Of a stretch of DNA of 64,000 nt, positions 58,801 to 64,000 are shown piece after piece. The stretch's first letter is position 1; each line of letters begins with the position of its first letter. The stretch is taken from IMG/VR virus record IMGVR_UViG_3300042363_000446. One strand, written 5' to 3'. Origin of the DNA: an uncultured virus (IMG/VR IMGVR_UViG_3300042363_000446) (taxonomy: Duplodnaviria > Heunggongvirae > Uroviricota > Caudoviricetes). A program made the translations under genes and the position numbers. The notes below the pieces were generated by a model. The model did no database searches, was not told the origin of the DNA, and saw only the letters and a list, made by a program, of their open reading frames with translations.

Positions 58801-59673
58801 AAACATAACACGTAAGTTGTTCAATGAAGTAATACTATCAATTGACCCTAATGCTGACAACGGAGCACCGTTGACATCTTCAAATGGTAGTGTGCTTATC
58901 ACATCAACTAAGTTGTTACCGGGGAATATAAACTCATCTTGTGCATCTTTACTAGGTACTGTAAAAGTAACTACACCCTGAGTAGCTCCGTTATTACTAA
59001 CACCATATACATCTCGTACCGGCAAATTAGGTTGAGTAGGACTGAATCCTGATACACCGGGTTCTCCTTGTATCCAAAACTGTGATGGCTGATTTACTGT
59101 AAATCTATACGAACCACCTCTTAATAAAGTGATAGTAGGATTGGTACTGCCAGCAGAAGCTCCCAGTTCTCTTATATTATAACCATTAGCTAAATCAGTA
59201 ACTATATAATCATTGGTTGAATAGACTAGTGCAGAAGACACAGTTACTGCGGGAGGACCAGTAGGTATCCAGTAATATTGATTGTAATTTACTATTTTGT
59301 CAAAATCAGTAAATGAATCCCATGAATAAATCTGACTTTCAAACAGTCTTGAATTATTATTAGTAATTCCTCCCTGCAATTCTAGTGCATCTAAAATACC
59401 GGGATAGCTAATAAAATCTTGAGCAGTTGACTGATTAGTTTTTGTAAATACAACACCGGGATCTAGTTGATAGTCTGTTCTTGTTTTATTTGGTTCTGTT
59501 ACATAATAATCATTAGCATTAACACCATAACCTACTTTACTACCAATATATCCTTGTATCTTTTTTGTGATAGGAGGATTTACTAGCTGGTCTAGTGTTG
59601 CTGACAAAAACTCAGTGTTGGTTTTTGTTTGAAAAATTTCGGGAAGAAAATTAAGAGTTCTTATTCTTGTCAT
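40876..59673 (-). CDS. giant (6265 aa) baseplate wedge/tail adhesin protein
   Basis: follows the gp6-like gene; repeated ~75-aa beta modules (..F.G..FG.I..GT.YY...I.S.T.FTIS...GG); FG-GAP-like and AVG..G.I..S..G..W propeller repeats. Confidence 0.8.
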   Translation of the reverse strand: MTRIRTLNFLPEIFQTKTNTEFLSATLDQLVNPPITKKIQGYIGSKVGYGVNANDYYVTEPNKTRTDYQLDPGVVFTKTNQSTAQDFISYPGILDALELQGGITNNNSRLFESQIYSWDSFTDFDKIVNYNQYYWIPTGPPAVTVSSALVYSTNDYIVTDLANGYNIRELGASAGSTNPTITLLRGGSYRFTVNQPSQFWIQGEPGVSGFSPTQPNLPVRDVYGVSNNGATQGVVTFTVPSKDAQDEFIFPGNNLVDVISTLPFEDVNGAPLSALGSIDSITSLNNLRVMFYDTGVVNEIGYISAYYDETSFDTNDNALVAPLVVTIGSSNSSTDRFTLSTGNTSQLVVNNTITFNNPVFGGVTAGTIYYIKSVDSSTEFTISDTLGGATFPLTTDSGTMTANANQGLYEEGFYTTVSENFYRITYVVDPSDPTNPIIRLIPDGLIPTEQKITATYGSTWIDRQFYRNTLGVVSLVPYITAPLDQLYYQDGTSANKVGIIRIIENNTTNTINVETDILGKKNYTSTNGVVFTNGLKVEFDGDVIPSRYLSGQYYVEGVGSAIELISVETLVSPEDFTTSTFVPFDTTPFDLSNFDSDLFIPTDLDYITIARNAINKNAWSRSNRWFHSQVINQTAIYNNNPSIVTEFAKAENKARRPIIEFYPNLGLFNSGTRGKDAVDFIDQRTTDALSQIAGLNNYFPDVEVYTENTVSIASVVGTSTTITIPTADIVGTFQVGQYISDYLDILPNNTQITNITIAGNNTVLTVSWAVSQSVGSATSVAVIATDTTVNNYSIFSGARIIFAADTDVNVRNKIYVVALSQLSPSSVPVITLTEAQDGLCEENDQAVITRGYNNQGNTYYFSNDNWITAQEKVTVNQAPLFDVFDENGISFSDPTIYQGTSFAGCTLFSYGIGSGTDDPILGFPIRYSAIDNVGDISFDVSLNTDTFDYVTGTTPITQKVNTGYVFNYDDRTEYTRELGWQTAVAPSAQYQVFQFTYLKDNPSTTFVCDIAAISEVEGQDSWTSVQVYINNACQCVSEYSYTITANSTIIELLDVSELDSDTPIEVLILSNQVSNQAYYTIPVNLSNNPFNQDLETVNVGDIRLQYRDIYVNAPGMLGQVFGSNNYRDLGNLVPYGTNIIQNSASLVLPGTFLRKTNHNLFDALQFNSNEYTKFKNLLVDTINNAEYVQRYTPSEILDQAIDIITAAKSESQAFFWSDMLPAKSPLRSNTYTFANNLDTSIYPLTTTYNFATANYNGVIVYLSRIISGVTIQKQLIINQDYVISQDAPSLTVTLDLIAGDKITIKEYNQTYGSYVPNTPTKLGLYPAYTPQVVLDTAYTQPTYFIKGHDGSYNKLYGSYNTNLGVLEDFRDQGLLEFETRIYNNLKLSSTVPIQTYEVLPGFFRDTDYTYSEFLQMYSESFLNWVGQNRLNYKTQVFSKVNEFTYNYTNAANKLTNTPIEQGYWRGVYQYFYDTTTPNATPWEMLGFTDQPTWWTERYGPAPYTSDNLILWNDLEQGVIWNDGVPITVETVARPGLTNIIPVDSAGNLVSPFVAIVGNYNPNTFQRDWKVGDDAPVELSYRRSSAYPFDLMRIFALMKPANFFNLGVDVDNYKYNLEFNQYLVNNRSHLVISDVEIYGSGTAKTSYINWIVDYEKQIGINATENITNLLDNLDVRLIYRLAGYSDKNLLKFYVEKGTPNSRNASLLIPDESYSLLLYDNQPFDRIVYSGVVIQITQDGYTVFGNSQTNAYFKVLKPVNNGKYNNIQVEDAQVKVAVDYTANELLIPYGAKFYSEQEVAQFLSSYGAYLTSQGMIFNDVLGGIEVNWDQMISEFLYWSQTGWEVGSILLLNPSAQTLKIDKESSIVQPLTVQNTNFVLNQNLYPIQAKDLSVFRNGTEFSVTALNQGDTVSYGQFNLSNFEHAVVFDNTTLFNDTIYNLITGLRQNRIYVRGTKTAEWNGTITASGFILNQDNIKEWSRAVKYTKGSIVLYKNKYWTALKVIEPSNIFNERDWKETDYDQIQKGLLPNSSTRSYESALYYDTNKANLENDADLLGFSLIGYRPRDYMALVDLTDITQINVYQNLIKNKGTRNAIEAFRGATLPQGGIEYEVYENWAIKSGEFGGLLNKNFVDFKINEQYLTGNPSIVSLTNGVYTPGSQQEVPIYSLFNYARPIDSPNILSTIDPSTPTQVYPDAGYVNFDDVKMSSYFYSGLPVARDKNNEPVLINDFYVRDYAWLANYLGNWDVLAWTSVGRVIAVRSNLNNTATITFAQPHGLVRLQPLSIINYATNVDGYYIVANIVNLNEVIINLPVATEIASTGQGIGLTFQSQRVSNPASINNLPLLDTEFVKNTVWVDESTDGSWAVYRKSLNYQYNNEVTKTNSTTFGSAVAYTDQAGYLISDASAGEVYRYAQDSANNYFIVETLTGGTSFGSKIVYAGNTYVISEPTTASEVHVYVINDSQLSDDFVLYQTIAAPGGVTDWGSELAISGDQNWLYISDIANDKVHVYQKQNILLNAGYFVSGQTYVITDLGTTDFTLIGAIESKVGITFVATGVGTGTGAATQITYKASTIINGVALSLVSSTDKFSKSITTNYYGDVMVVGAPDKDYDGNIANWGSAFAFSRAVQNIEVQFNTIGQTFQLAWTPITVSRTVSATNATGNLITLNSVSGIAVNDPIIFSGTGLLGTGIQGNSVYYIRSIAGSDITIKTSRSSITPEAISTVGSVSNVTATVQTSPLYVSRNGVIVQDNNYGVIGSTFVYSGTLTAGDIITVSDSKFTYAQTFTSNYNNRVGTQFGYSLDTIQSGSEILIGSPFEISDENQEGAVYRFTNAGAKFGLVTGVNECNVTAVRPLLINGYFVNVPIGNATVVANAINSANITNIQAAATVDNKLMIQVINTDLTQVNQKLIITAVDTTTLTELGIEIYTNTQVINCPHEFGPTQFGSVVQFNEYDSVVISAPVATRYEGTTFDFIDDEDFTNDTIFDNNATQFIDTAPNAGAVYMFDYISNYNENLTNIGEFVYAQSVNSKDIVYGFNPLYGTALDFNSNVVMIGTPNFLPDSVDGQVTIYENESGIKDWSIYRNSAPIVNIDSIQNAQLFSAETNNTLINLDYIDPLQGKLLGSVRQNINYVTSIDPANYNSDEIFDPQSGLIWGPEKVGKVWFDTTNVRFVNYHQNDLVYNSKYWGTVFPGSDVAVYTWVVSNVSPRDYQGPGTPKDSTRYTVSSIIDSSNIVTPVYYFWVRNSNIIFREEGKTLSDTILESYISNPKNSGIAFFAPLRDNSFALYNCAEYINANDSVFHIGYANGTNDDEAHSEYTLIKEDFADDFLPGLPKLGSNAEPIGLYDRLLDSLAGVDEEGSVVPNPYLPKAVQSGVLARPRQSFFYNRYLALKNYLTYANEVLAQYPISEIRPDISLLFAQGEFYNTPDYWQYINWWTTGYDNNTKSAIQVPLYADLSTLSVATDTIVTVENNGSGKFEVYRYDGNSIWTRIGLENGTIEFNLTLWDYAEARLGFGDNFFDTSSYDEYPSEETRYIIRALNEQIYIDELLLFRNKGLILLFDYIQSESTESQNYLPWLNKTSLVDVAHTIRELKPIEVFQTDNQDFLAGYINEVKPYHVVVKEFVFKYTGIDTFDGNITDFDLPAQYDKSVNQFITPSLVYSNPNQDNEYVDTDDIWQTAPYTQWFQNKGVSLTGESNYEITTLVSYMTLGSSFMFVDNAQGFPINGTIRIGNEEIAYSSVDRALNLVSGLQRGLNGTAISQHFPNEKIFIDLPEVIVLNGGKGYVDPPRVTAYVDLDLYPAPTTEAVFEAVMSLDSVLSINVIDPGQGYMVLPEIRIDPSVVISFTNADINSTLHTIRVYGPNLATGDLVLFKQSDAGVGRLANNQWYYINVLETTPTAIVAFYSNYSDAINDTNRIQISDIGTDDQLTISLGAKASAITSASPIRENNITLRFDRTTYTSQVQDWRAGTYYGSFFAGSYFNSESVSSSSMQLESVLPPISSVLASAQGVAFEITDVDNDRQLTWSSLERNVGNTILATNAIRLIPLDDGSANPNASGSTIGFYEGMPVKFVGAVAGGLQENITYYVKTIINDTDFTVSLTEGGGTVTLTNATIPAAGLKCLAGEVVDTAVLTVNYPGILEVTATQAGTNALTVPMSLIGTGGTEGFYTNLPVFFTKYSVTEPVFGGVIENDVYYITTVINSQTFTISETQDPLSTTATATTASNNRVTVSSTDDFSVNDPIIFTGTTFGNIIAGTTYYVSEIVNTTQMTISTLINGGVFVLSNGAGSMLLTSQANTLTLSTATGSMTMNVSLPVSPGQVNGQLFTLYSTSEQYPNVSGTNSSLIERTMTATIATLDRITIDSSTGNTDDFYVNMPVQFDTTIGGLTAATTYYITDYGIVEIDAISTSSSNLITCDTTESLYVGMPIIFSGQGLGGITIGVEYFVESINIDGIRFTISDTDGGSVKILTNDSGSMLGTGEEYITVSASSGGSDVTLSNTVSDFDMTQEIIIDAIFDVSYILGGYRALVSTAGEGYAVNNTIVIPGADIGGATPANNLTLTVNTIDETDGGIIDVICSGIVAGTSDQYYLKVISPNQFEVYSNPLMTVPVTGIGFDFVGFTTTTATNITASNDRVTVTSSANFSVNDPVVFTGTIFSSQITLGQTYYIVDKPTATTVRLTTEPGGSVINFTTDTTGSMSMTKAGSFALLPEPFYFNQSIVKFNNRVYVCVVSNNDDDFIFGKWELLDSGDRRLNAMDRVVGYYQPTVNMPGVDLTQLFEGVTYPNSTYLGNPFAPAQQYELDTILQTQAFYPTDIDVASVVWNGTNYLAAASAPNYSAVLGSETGESWAVAKLTNAGIGLTDIIQANNIYVMSSTNSATPILRSNDGIVWTTTGTVTSEIGPQPISIAALSLQSVAYRNNLFVAVGEGIVSSSDTYDWTQRLAFTEYDNTLYGVSAVNVAAFTGFVAVGKGEVPEYSTGLTQIVDTNLIYYSANGINWTGVNFIPSAGVNTSTPNGFNGVAANGNNIVAVGENGVIYYSENGASWLGVNEVTVLSVNSATEQLILTNTAGFAVNDVIRFTDSFSSITAGISYYIKTIVSSTQVEISTSLGGTVLNLTDGSIPFRTRMYSYPTTATLNDVVYGDGVFIAVGDTGTIRTSTNAITWTTVASGTTEKLKGISHKETGSFIAVGENDTVLLTDDYGVTWTVSTLFVVAPPIYDIQGDAFTAGYAPEELVAGMVTDNLAMTVNTRPGTNWPATEYAHTGYNIVSLELNPVSSTQTVYSFDGAAQYPTEIFVAVINGTTGLSTTIYEGTDYAIDWINNIITLTTSIAFTPVSDTLRIDVYETGNGDQLVKSNSKTDPIRLNTDTGFNEIYLNCNYSGVIYSGSGVIRPETYSVEVFATATESVTNRILCDSVQQFVINEPIRFQGVVFGNIVEDQQYYVKSISPATNTITISDSINGITGVAGSIYVLTDATGLMLVNIEIGSGLVWTDPIVTYNGTKLVIGNTNTAVKTKSSNNAVVTVSTNGLIANSPVTFGEGIFTGSNIDPLTTYYIKTIIDSNEFTISETPSGSVKVLGNASGRSMYITNDYAIGLASNGISAKLVFAAPYDNSTDYLSYTIFGETFPAQYGYTLPETQILSGDGIEDTFALNNFVGGDNPGNAIVEVDGIRLSPLGDYTIDPALDEIIFNSAPTNGSTIAVTTFNDTQQQYLNTQVIGDGISTAPVVNAIQSISNEITLPLAVTRATATTAGVPNEITVDSTSGFVLNATVEFKGISFGGIATDGTVYFVDSIVSSTVFTIKNENGTQIVTTLGTGTIQVTVGGKPAVRVTTAAANGLSENDLVRIDGTLGSIQLNNNTYYAKIIDSTTFDLYESGIPGYAGYNPAFGAVNYPITTISSYTGEGYVWLVDSYYLVTQIATATTTSTNLITVTSTSQLVVNTPVIFTGSVLDGLVAGTTYYIRAIVSATQFTVSATRGGSSVALSNDSGSMNVTQWEHVNTDRLWVTVNGERVPSTSLRLNADNNLSILTSIDSSDVVIITSMMPYATPDEEIYLNFVDTINEASVYRANTGTRTWLTQPIYDLSTVIYVDDVTRLTNTIVQSVTTPAAVSGNYNFGLTADKRLITNVTVYNNSTNEFISSDNYRVVIEELSPILKITAGSYINVGNQLTITTLEGNLIYVNGEQIRFGSVDLTNNTLSNLERGVNGTGKQSLILTYTEVFGLLSKNRLSDVYYNQTWNPIDDAIFNTVDGDPLQISETVSAEFLNTDIL

Positions 59674-59682
59674 TTTTAATGA

Positions 59683-62600
59683 TTACCTACCAATTTGTAA
59701 CTCAGCGGGAGTTAATGCCGCTACTACCAATACATCATTTGCTACTGCCCCATTTGCAAAAATCTCATAAGGCATGCACTTTATTTCGTATAAATCACCA
59801 AAACGCTTGCTAGGATCATTTGGTACTAATACAGCAGAACTTATTAATTCTCCGCATTCAGCATGTAGATATGCACTTAGTTCTGAGAAAAAGAACGTAT
59901 CTCCAAAATTCCAATTGTTAATATTAAAATACTCATTCATTGCTGTTAATACTGCACTTCTGATTTCACTATCACTAGCATTAGTTTTACTTTGTTTAAT
60001 TACCTTTATTGTGGCTCTTAGCGCAGGTTCTGCTTTAGGACCAAATAACGGTTTGAATACAACACTATTTAACACCACAGAATCCGACAACATTTTGAAA
60101 TTCTGAACTTGTGAGTACTCTTGATTTAGTTGATTGATCGTTGGCATATCTGGCATAGGTATTGTGTTAGTTGAATCTTGAATCCAATTTTGATACGCAG
60201 TATAATAAGATTGCGTAACTACATAAAGATCAATAATATTAGTAGTAGCTGGATCTATTCTAGTAGTATTATTAGAATTATGTCTGTATTGAAAAGACAA
60301 TCCTTGTCTACCCGGTTTTACTGAGTATTCAAGTTGTTCTACTAATACATATGAAGGTATAGTTACCGTTTGATCTTGTACTGATTTGTAAAACTTATTC
60401 TCTGTATATGCATAAAATAATTGTCCTAGAGGATAATCATATTTTACAACTTCTACTTGAGTTTTAGTAGCAAATTGATACACAACGTCAGTAGAAGGAA
60501 CAATAACTTCTCTTGATAAATTAATAGCATCTTGAATTAATCTAAAGAAAACATATATTCCTATATTTGAACCCGTATTATCGTAACCAGTAATTTGCTG
60601 AAAGAAATCTGGATTTAAGATTAACTGACTGTTATTAACATCAGTAGCCGCAATTTCAACTTGGAAATCATCTACATAACCGTCGGATTGAACAGTTTGT
60701 CCTAAAATATTAACTTTTACATCTTTACCTAAACTTTGTGAAGAATTAGGCTGAGAATTTACTTGTAAAACATTAATAAAGTCTTGAATAATTTTTCCAG
60801 TAAACGGATCGTATACTAACTCATCTCGTGCAAACGTAAATCTAGTATCCGCAACACTACCAAAGTAATAAGTTAATGACTTAAGTGTAACAGTATATCT
60901 ACCTGATCCCATACTTTGAAATTTAACAAAATAATTCTCGTCGGTTATAGGTCTAATAGTCCATCTTTCTTGATTTATAGTAAGGGCGTTATTGAATACT
61001 AATGTAAAATTCTGTTCAAGTTCCATACGAACTACACACTCATTAATTAAAGTAGCAGATAATGAGTTGTCAAAAACAGGTATAACGCTAACTAATATTG
61101 ATCCTGAAGGAACATATCCGTTTAGTGTTACGGGTCCTGTTCCATTAGCGAAACCACCTTCGCCGTTATTACTACCGTCTCCTATAACGTTTAATACAGT
61201 AGTCCAAATAAAATATTGTTCAGAATTTGCGGGGATCCCTGCTACCAATCTATTGTTGGCATCATAGTAAAATCCTGACGGTGCACGAAATCTTAAAATT
61301 GATCCAGTAGTAACATACTTTGCATTAGTAGTAGTAAAGGTTCCCAACGAAGCGGGAGTATTATTACTACCAGATATGTTATAAAAATATCCTGATTCAC
61401 TAGAAGCATCTACTGAACTAGTTTGCCAATATACCCAAGTGTTGTTAGGAGCTACTTGTGTATTTGTAATAGTATATCTAGGATAATTCTGAATGTAATA
61501 CTGATTAGCTTTATTTTCTGCAAGAACAGACGCAAGTGTATTATTAAAGAATGCAATAATATCACTTATGTTATCTATAGTAAGTTCTAAAAATCCGTCA
61601 GTATCGTTTTGATAAAGAGCACCATCTGAACCAAACGAATTAGTACTTGAATATTTTCCTGTTGGGTCTAATAAGTCAAAGTTTTTAGAAATACCCACTG
61701 AACTACGATTAATTGCTTTACTTTTTATAATAGAACTATAAAGAGTATAAGGGAAGTTGTTGTAGTCTTCACCGTTTACCATTCTGTTTTGCGTGTAATA
61801 ACGAGTAGGTGCTCGTTGTTTAATTTCTGATAAAGGCTCTCTAACTTGCGCGTTAGATACAGCAAGTGGTAACTCTAATCCCAATGTTAGTGTTTCATTT
61901 CTTCCTTGACGATTCACATAAGTAAACGCTACCGTAATGCCTTGCATTTCTGACGGGTCAATTACATATGTTTGAGCGTTACTAGAACGTACATATGCTC
62001 TAAATAATCCTACCGGTACTTCAGAAAATACGCCATCACCGAAAATATAAGTAACTTGATCGTTAAATCTAGAATTTACTGAAAATATTTTTTTGTCAGA
62101 AAACTCTGTTTGTAGGTATGCGTCTGCATAAACGTTGTCAACTTTTCTCCAAAGTGTTCTATCACCATTGTTATTGTTTAACTGATATAACCACGTGTCT
62201 GTATTATTAACACCTTGAATACTACCTATATCTACTGTTTGATTTGATATTTGTTGTTCTAAATTAAAATCAAAGTTTTGTAGTGTCCCTTGTTTGAAGT
62301 AGAAAAAGAATCCAGTTTCAGGACTACCGTATCCCAACTTGTCATTACGATATAAAATGTTAAATCTACTACTAGGGTCAGGTGGAATTTCGTATATATA
62401 ATCTTCACCTAAACTAGTTACAGATACTAACTCAAAACTCATGTTCTGTCCATCTACTGAAGAAGTAAACGGAGCAATGGGCAAACTATTATCAGGAATT
62501 TTTATTGAATATTCGTTTGTTGTTACATTCACTATGTCAGTAGAATTACCCGGTCTACCTATGCGTTGAGTATCAACTAGAGTAGCATTGATAATAGTGT

Positions 62601-63069
62601 TGAATTGTTCTAACCAATTTGGATTTGCTGGGTCATTCCAAAGTATAGGTATATTATTTAAATTAACACCATTGATGTCTAAAAGATTTTGTGTAGTTTG
62701 GATACTAGTAACTTTCAAATAACCTTGAGCGGCTAAGTTTCTTTTAGGAGTATAGCTTACTAAGTTTGCTAACTTGATTACTGAGTCTCTGCGTTCAGCA
62801 GTGTCAATAAAGTTTTCACGAGAGTTTAAGTCGTTTCTAAAAGCAAGACCCTGACCCATATAAGCCATAACGTCAAGCAGAGCAATAAACTCTGAACTTT
62901 CAATATAGTCGTTAAAAGTTTCAGGATAATATAATTGCAAATAGTCTATAAAACTCTTTCTAAGAGTTTCATAGTCATAGCTTCTAAAATCCGCTTCTCT
63001 GAATGTCTGGTAAATCTGCTTCCAGTCATTGACTCCAAAAAGTCCGCTTTGTCTAGATGATGTTGCCAT
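59683..63069 (-). CDS. baseplate wedge subunit (T4 gp6-like)
   Basis: DF.SYDYETLR...FNDYIESS...LLD..AY...ENFIDTAERRDSV..LA..VSY.PKR; FGDG; TQNRMVNGEDY. Confidence 0.88.
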   Translation of the reverse strand: MATSSRQSGLFGVNDWKQIYQTFREADFRSYDYETLRKSFIDYLQLYYPETFNDYIESSEFIALLDVMAYMGQGLAFRNDLNSRENFIDTAERRDSVIKLANLVSYTPKRNLAAQGYLKVTSIQTTQNLLDINGVNLNNIPILWNDPANPNWLEQFNTIINATLVDTQRIGRPGNSTDIVNVTTNEYSIKIPDNSLPIAPFTSSVDGQNMSFELVSVTSLGEDYIYEIPPDPSSRFNILYRNDKLGYGSPETGFFFYFKQGTLQNFDFNLEQQISNQTVDIGSIQGVNNTDTWLYQLNNNNGDRTLWRKVDNVYADAYLQTEFSDKKIFSVNSRFNDQVTYIFGDGVFSEVPVGLFRAYVRSSNAQTYVIDPSEMQGITVAFTYVNRQGRNETLTLGLELPLAVSNAQVREPLSEIKQRAPTRYYTQNRMVNGEDYNNFPYTLYSSIIKSKAINRSSVGISKNFDLLDPTGKYSSTNSFGSDGALYQNDTDGFLELTIDNISDIIAFFNNTLASVLAENKANQYYIQNYPRYTITNTQVAPNNTWVYWQTSSVDASSESGYFYNISGSNNTPASLGTFTTTNAKYVTTGSILRFRAPSGFYYDANNRLVAGIPANSEQYFIWTTVLNVIGDGSNNGEGGFANGTGPVTLNGYVPSGSILVSVIPVFDNSLSATLINECVVRMELEQNFTLVFNNALTINQERWTIRPITDENYFVKFQSMGSGRYTVTLKSLTYYFGSVADTRFTFARDELVYDPFTGKIIQDFINVLQVNSQPNSSQSLGKDVKVNILGQTVQSDGYVDDFQVEIAATDVNNSQLILNPDFFQQITGYDNTGSNIGIYVFFRLIQDAINLSREVIVPSTDVVYQFATKTQVEVVKYDYPLGQLFYAYTENKFYKSVQDQTVTIPSYVLVEQLEYSVKPGRQGLSFQYRHNSNNTTRIDPATTNIIDLYVVTQSYYTAYQNWIQDSTNTIPMPDMPTINQLNQEYSQVQNFKMLSDSVVLNSVVFKPLFGPKAEPALRATIKVIKQSKTNASDSEIRSAVLTAMNEYFNINNWNFGDTFFFSELSAYLHAECGELISSAVLVPNDPSKRFGDLYEIKCMPYEIFANGAVANDVLVVAALTPAELQIGR

Positions 63070-63073
63070 AATA

Positions 63074-63122
63074 AGTCTCGGTTAATATATACTATATTTA
63101 TCATTTTGAAAAACCGAGAGTT
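63074..63122 (-). promoter_or_regulatory. late promoter (ATAAATA, 63095-63101) in the loop of a hairpin pairing with the gp6 initiation region
   Basis: TCTCGGTT / AACCGAGA 8-bp inverted repeat flanking the promoter. Confidence 0.55.
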
Positions 63123-63132
63123 TTATGATTTA

Positions 63133-63582
63133 TTAAATTCTAGAGGCTACACTAGTATCTTGATTAAAAAATACATTTAAAACTAATGCTTGATTGAATG
63201 GAGTTACTGCCATTTCTACTTCTATTAGTATACCGTTGTCACGAGGATAAATATTTACATAGTTAAGTTGAAGTCTTGGATCTAAACTAGCAACTCTTCT
63301 GACTTCAGTTTCTAACTGCTGCTGCGTATCAAAATTATTAGGCTCAAATACAAAACTCCAAAGAGTAGTTCCATATCCTGGTTGTCCTACTTTTTGTCCT
63401 AAGGGTATATTAAGTGCATTTATAAAGTCTTGAATAACTAGTTGACTATCCACCATTCTAAACTTTTTACCAAATACGATAGGATCAGTTATACCGCCGG
63501 TGCCGGCATCACTACCGGGCCTAGCGTTAGTAGTTTTTGGTTTGTCTGCATTTATTGTACTGAATCCGATGTATGTTGGCAT
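63133..63582 (-). CDS. baseplate wedge subunit (gp25/GPW-like)
   Basis: D..LV.QD..N.LNI..GQK...PGYGT.LW..VFEP...DPRL; upstream of the gp6-like gene. Confidence 0.88.
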   Translation of the reverse strand: MPTYIGFSTINADKPKTTNARPGSDAGTGGITDPIVFGKKFRMVDSQLVIQDFINALNIPLGQKVGQPGYGTTLWSFVFEPNNFDTQQQLETEVRRVASLDPRLQLNYVNIYPRDNGILIEVEMAVTPFNQALVLNVFFNQDTSVASRI

Positions 63583-63597
63583 GATGTATTTATTCTT

Positions 63598-64000
63598 TTA
63601 TTGTTGGTTACTTATTGCGTCTATTCTTGCTTGATAGTCTCTTTTCTTAGCAAATAGTGCATCAAGTTTTGCTTGTACTTCATCTTTTTTACGTTTAACT
63701 TCGGGATCGCCGGCTGGAGAATTTTGCTCTTCTGTTAATACAGCTATACCCTCTGTTTGTTTTACCCTTAATATTTGTATATTTACACCCTGTATCTTTT
63801 CTCTAAGATCAATTATTTCTCTGTCCACTCGTCTTATATCAGTTAAGCTTTGTACAGCCTGTCTAGAAACTTCTCCAGTAAAAGTTGGATTAGGTATTCC
63901 TGGATCTCCTAACAATGAAACTGTTTTCTGATTGATAGATTCTCTGTTAGTAGTGTTTACTGCAACTGATAATGTTCTAGATTTTCCTTTGCCGCCAAAC
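63598..64000 (-). CDS. 3' end of a gene entering from beyond the window (structural region)
   Basis: frame stays open from 63999 (FGGKGKSRTLSVAVNTTNRES...) to the stop at 63598. Confidence 0.7.
   Translation of the reverse strand, partial: FGGKGKSRTLSVAVNTTNRESINQKTVSLLGDPGIPNPTFTGEVSRQAVQSLTDIRRVDREIIDLREKIQGVNIQILRVKQTEGIAVLTEEQNSPAGDPEVKRKKDEVQAKLDALFAKKRDYQARIDAISNQQ

Noticed and set aside
1..64000. Stop-codon reassignment as in some jumbo phages
   Set aside because: Genes are full length and densely packed in the standard code; TAA, TAG and TGA all end genes

Overview
This window is 64 kb of a large AT-rich, T4-like/jumbo myovirus genome. Essentially all genes are on the minus strand and use the standard genetic code. 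In transcription order (right to left) it holds: (1) baseplate/tail genes (gp25-like, gp6-like, a 6265-aa repeat-rich baseplate/adhesin protein, tail fibres); (2) a ~20 kb glycan-synthesis and decoration island (glycosyltransferase-like proteins, sulfotransferase, radical SAM, SGNH, sugar kinases/nucleotidyltransferases, cupin, GatZ-like epimerase, carbamoyltransferase, and a 1457-aa protein with 67-aa tandem repeats); (3) a mini-operon missed by the ORF track, with a Bfd-like ferredoxin and a circularly permuted two-piece tmRNA (tag ANDEFALEDIRLAA); (4) an early region with repeated sigma70 promoter cassettes and a MoxR/VWA pair; (5) folA-thyA, a secreted nuclease, amino-sugar enzymes, a two-component spanin pair, and candidate head-packaged proteins, one with ADP-ribosyltransferase-like motifs. 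The spanins point to a Gram-negative host, and the tmRNA architecture and tag suggest an alphaproteobacterium (inference). All family calls come from motif recognition by eye; no database search was run.
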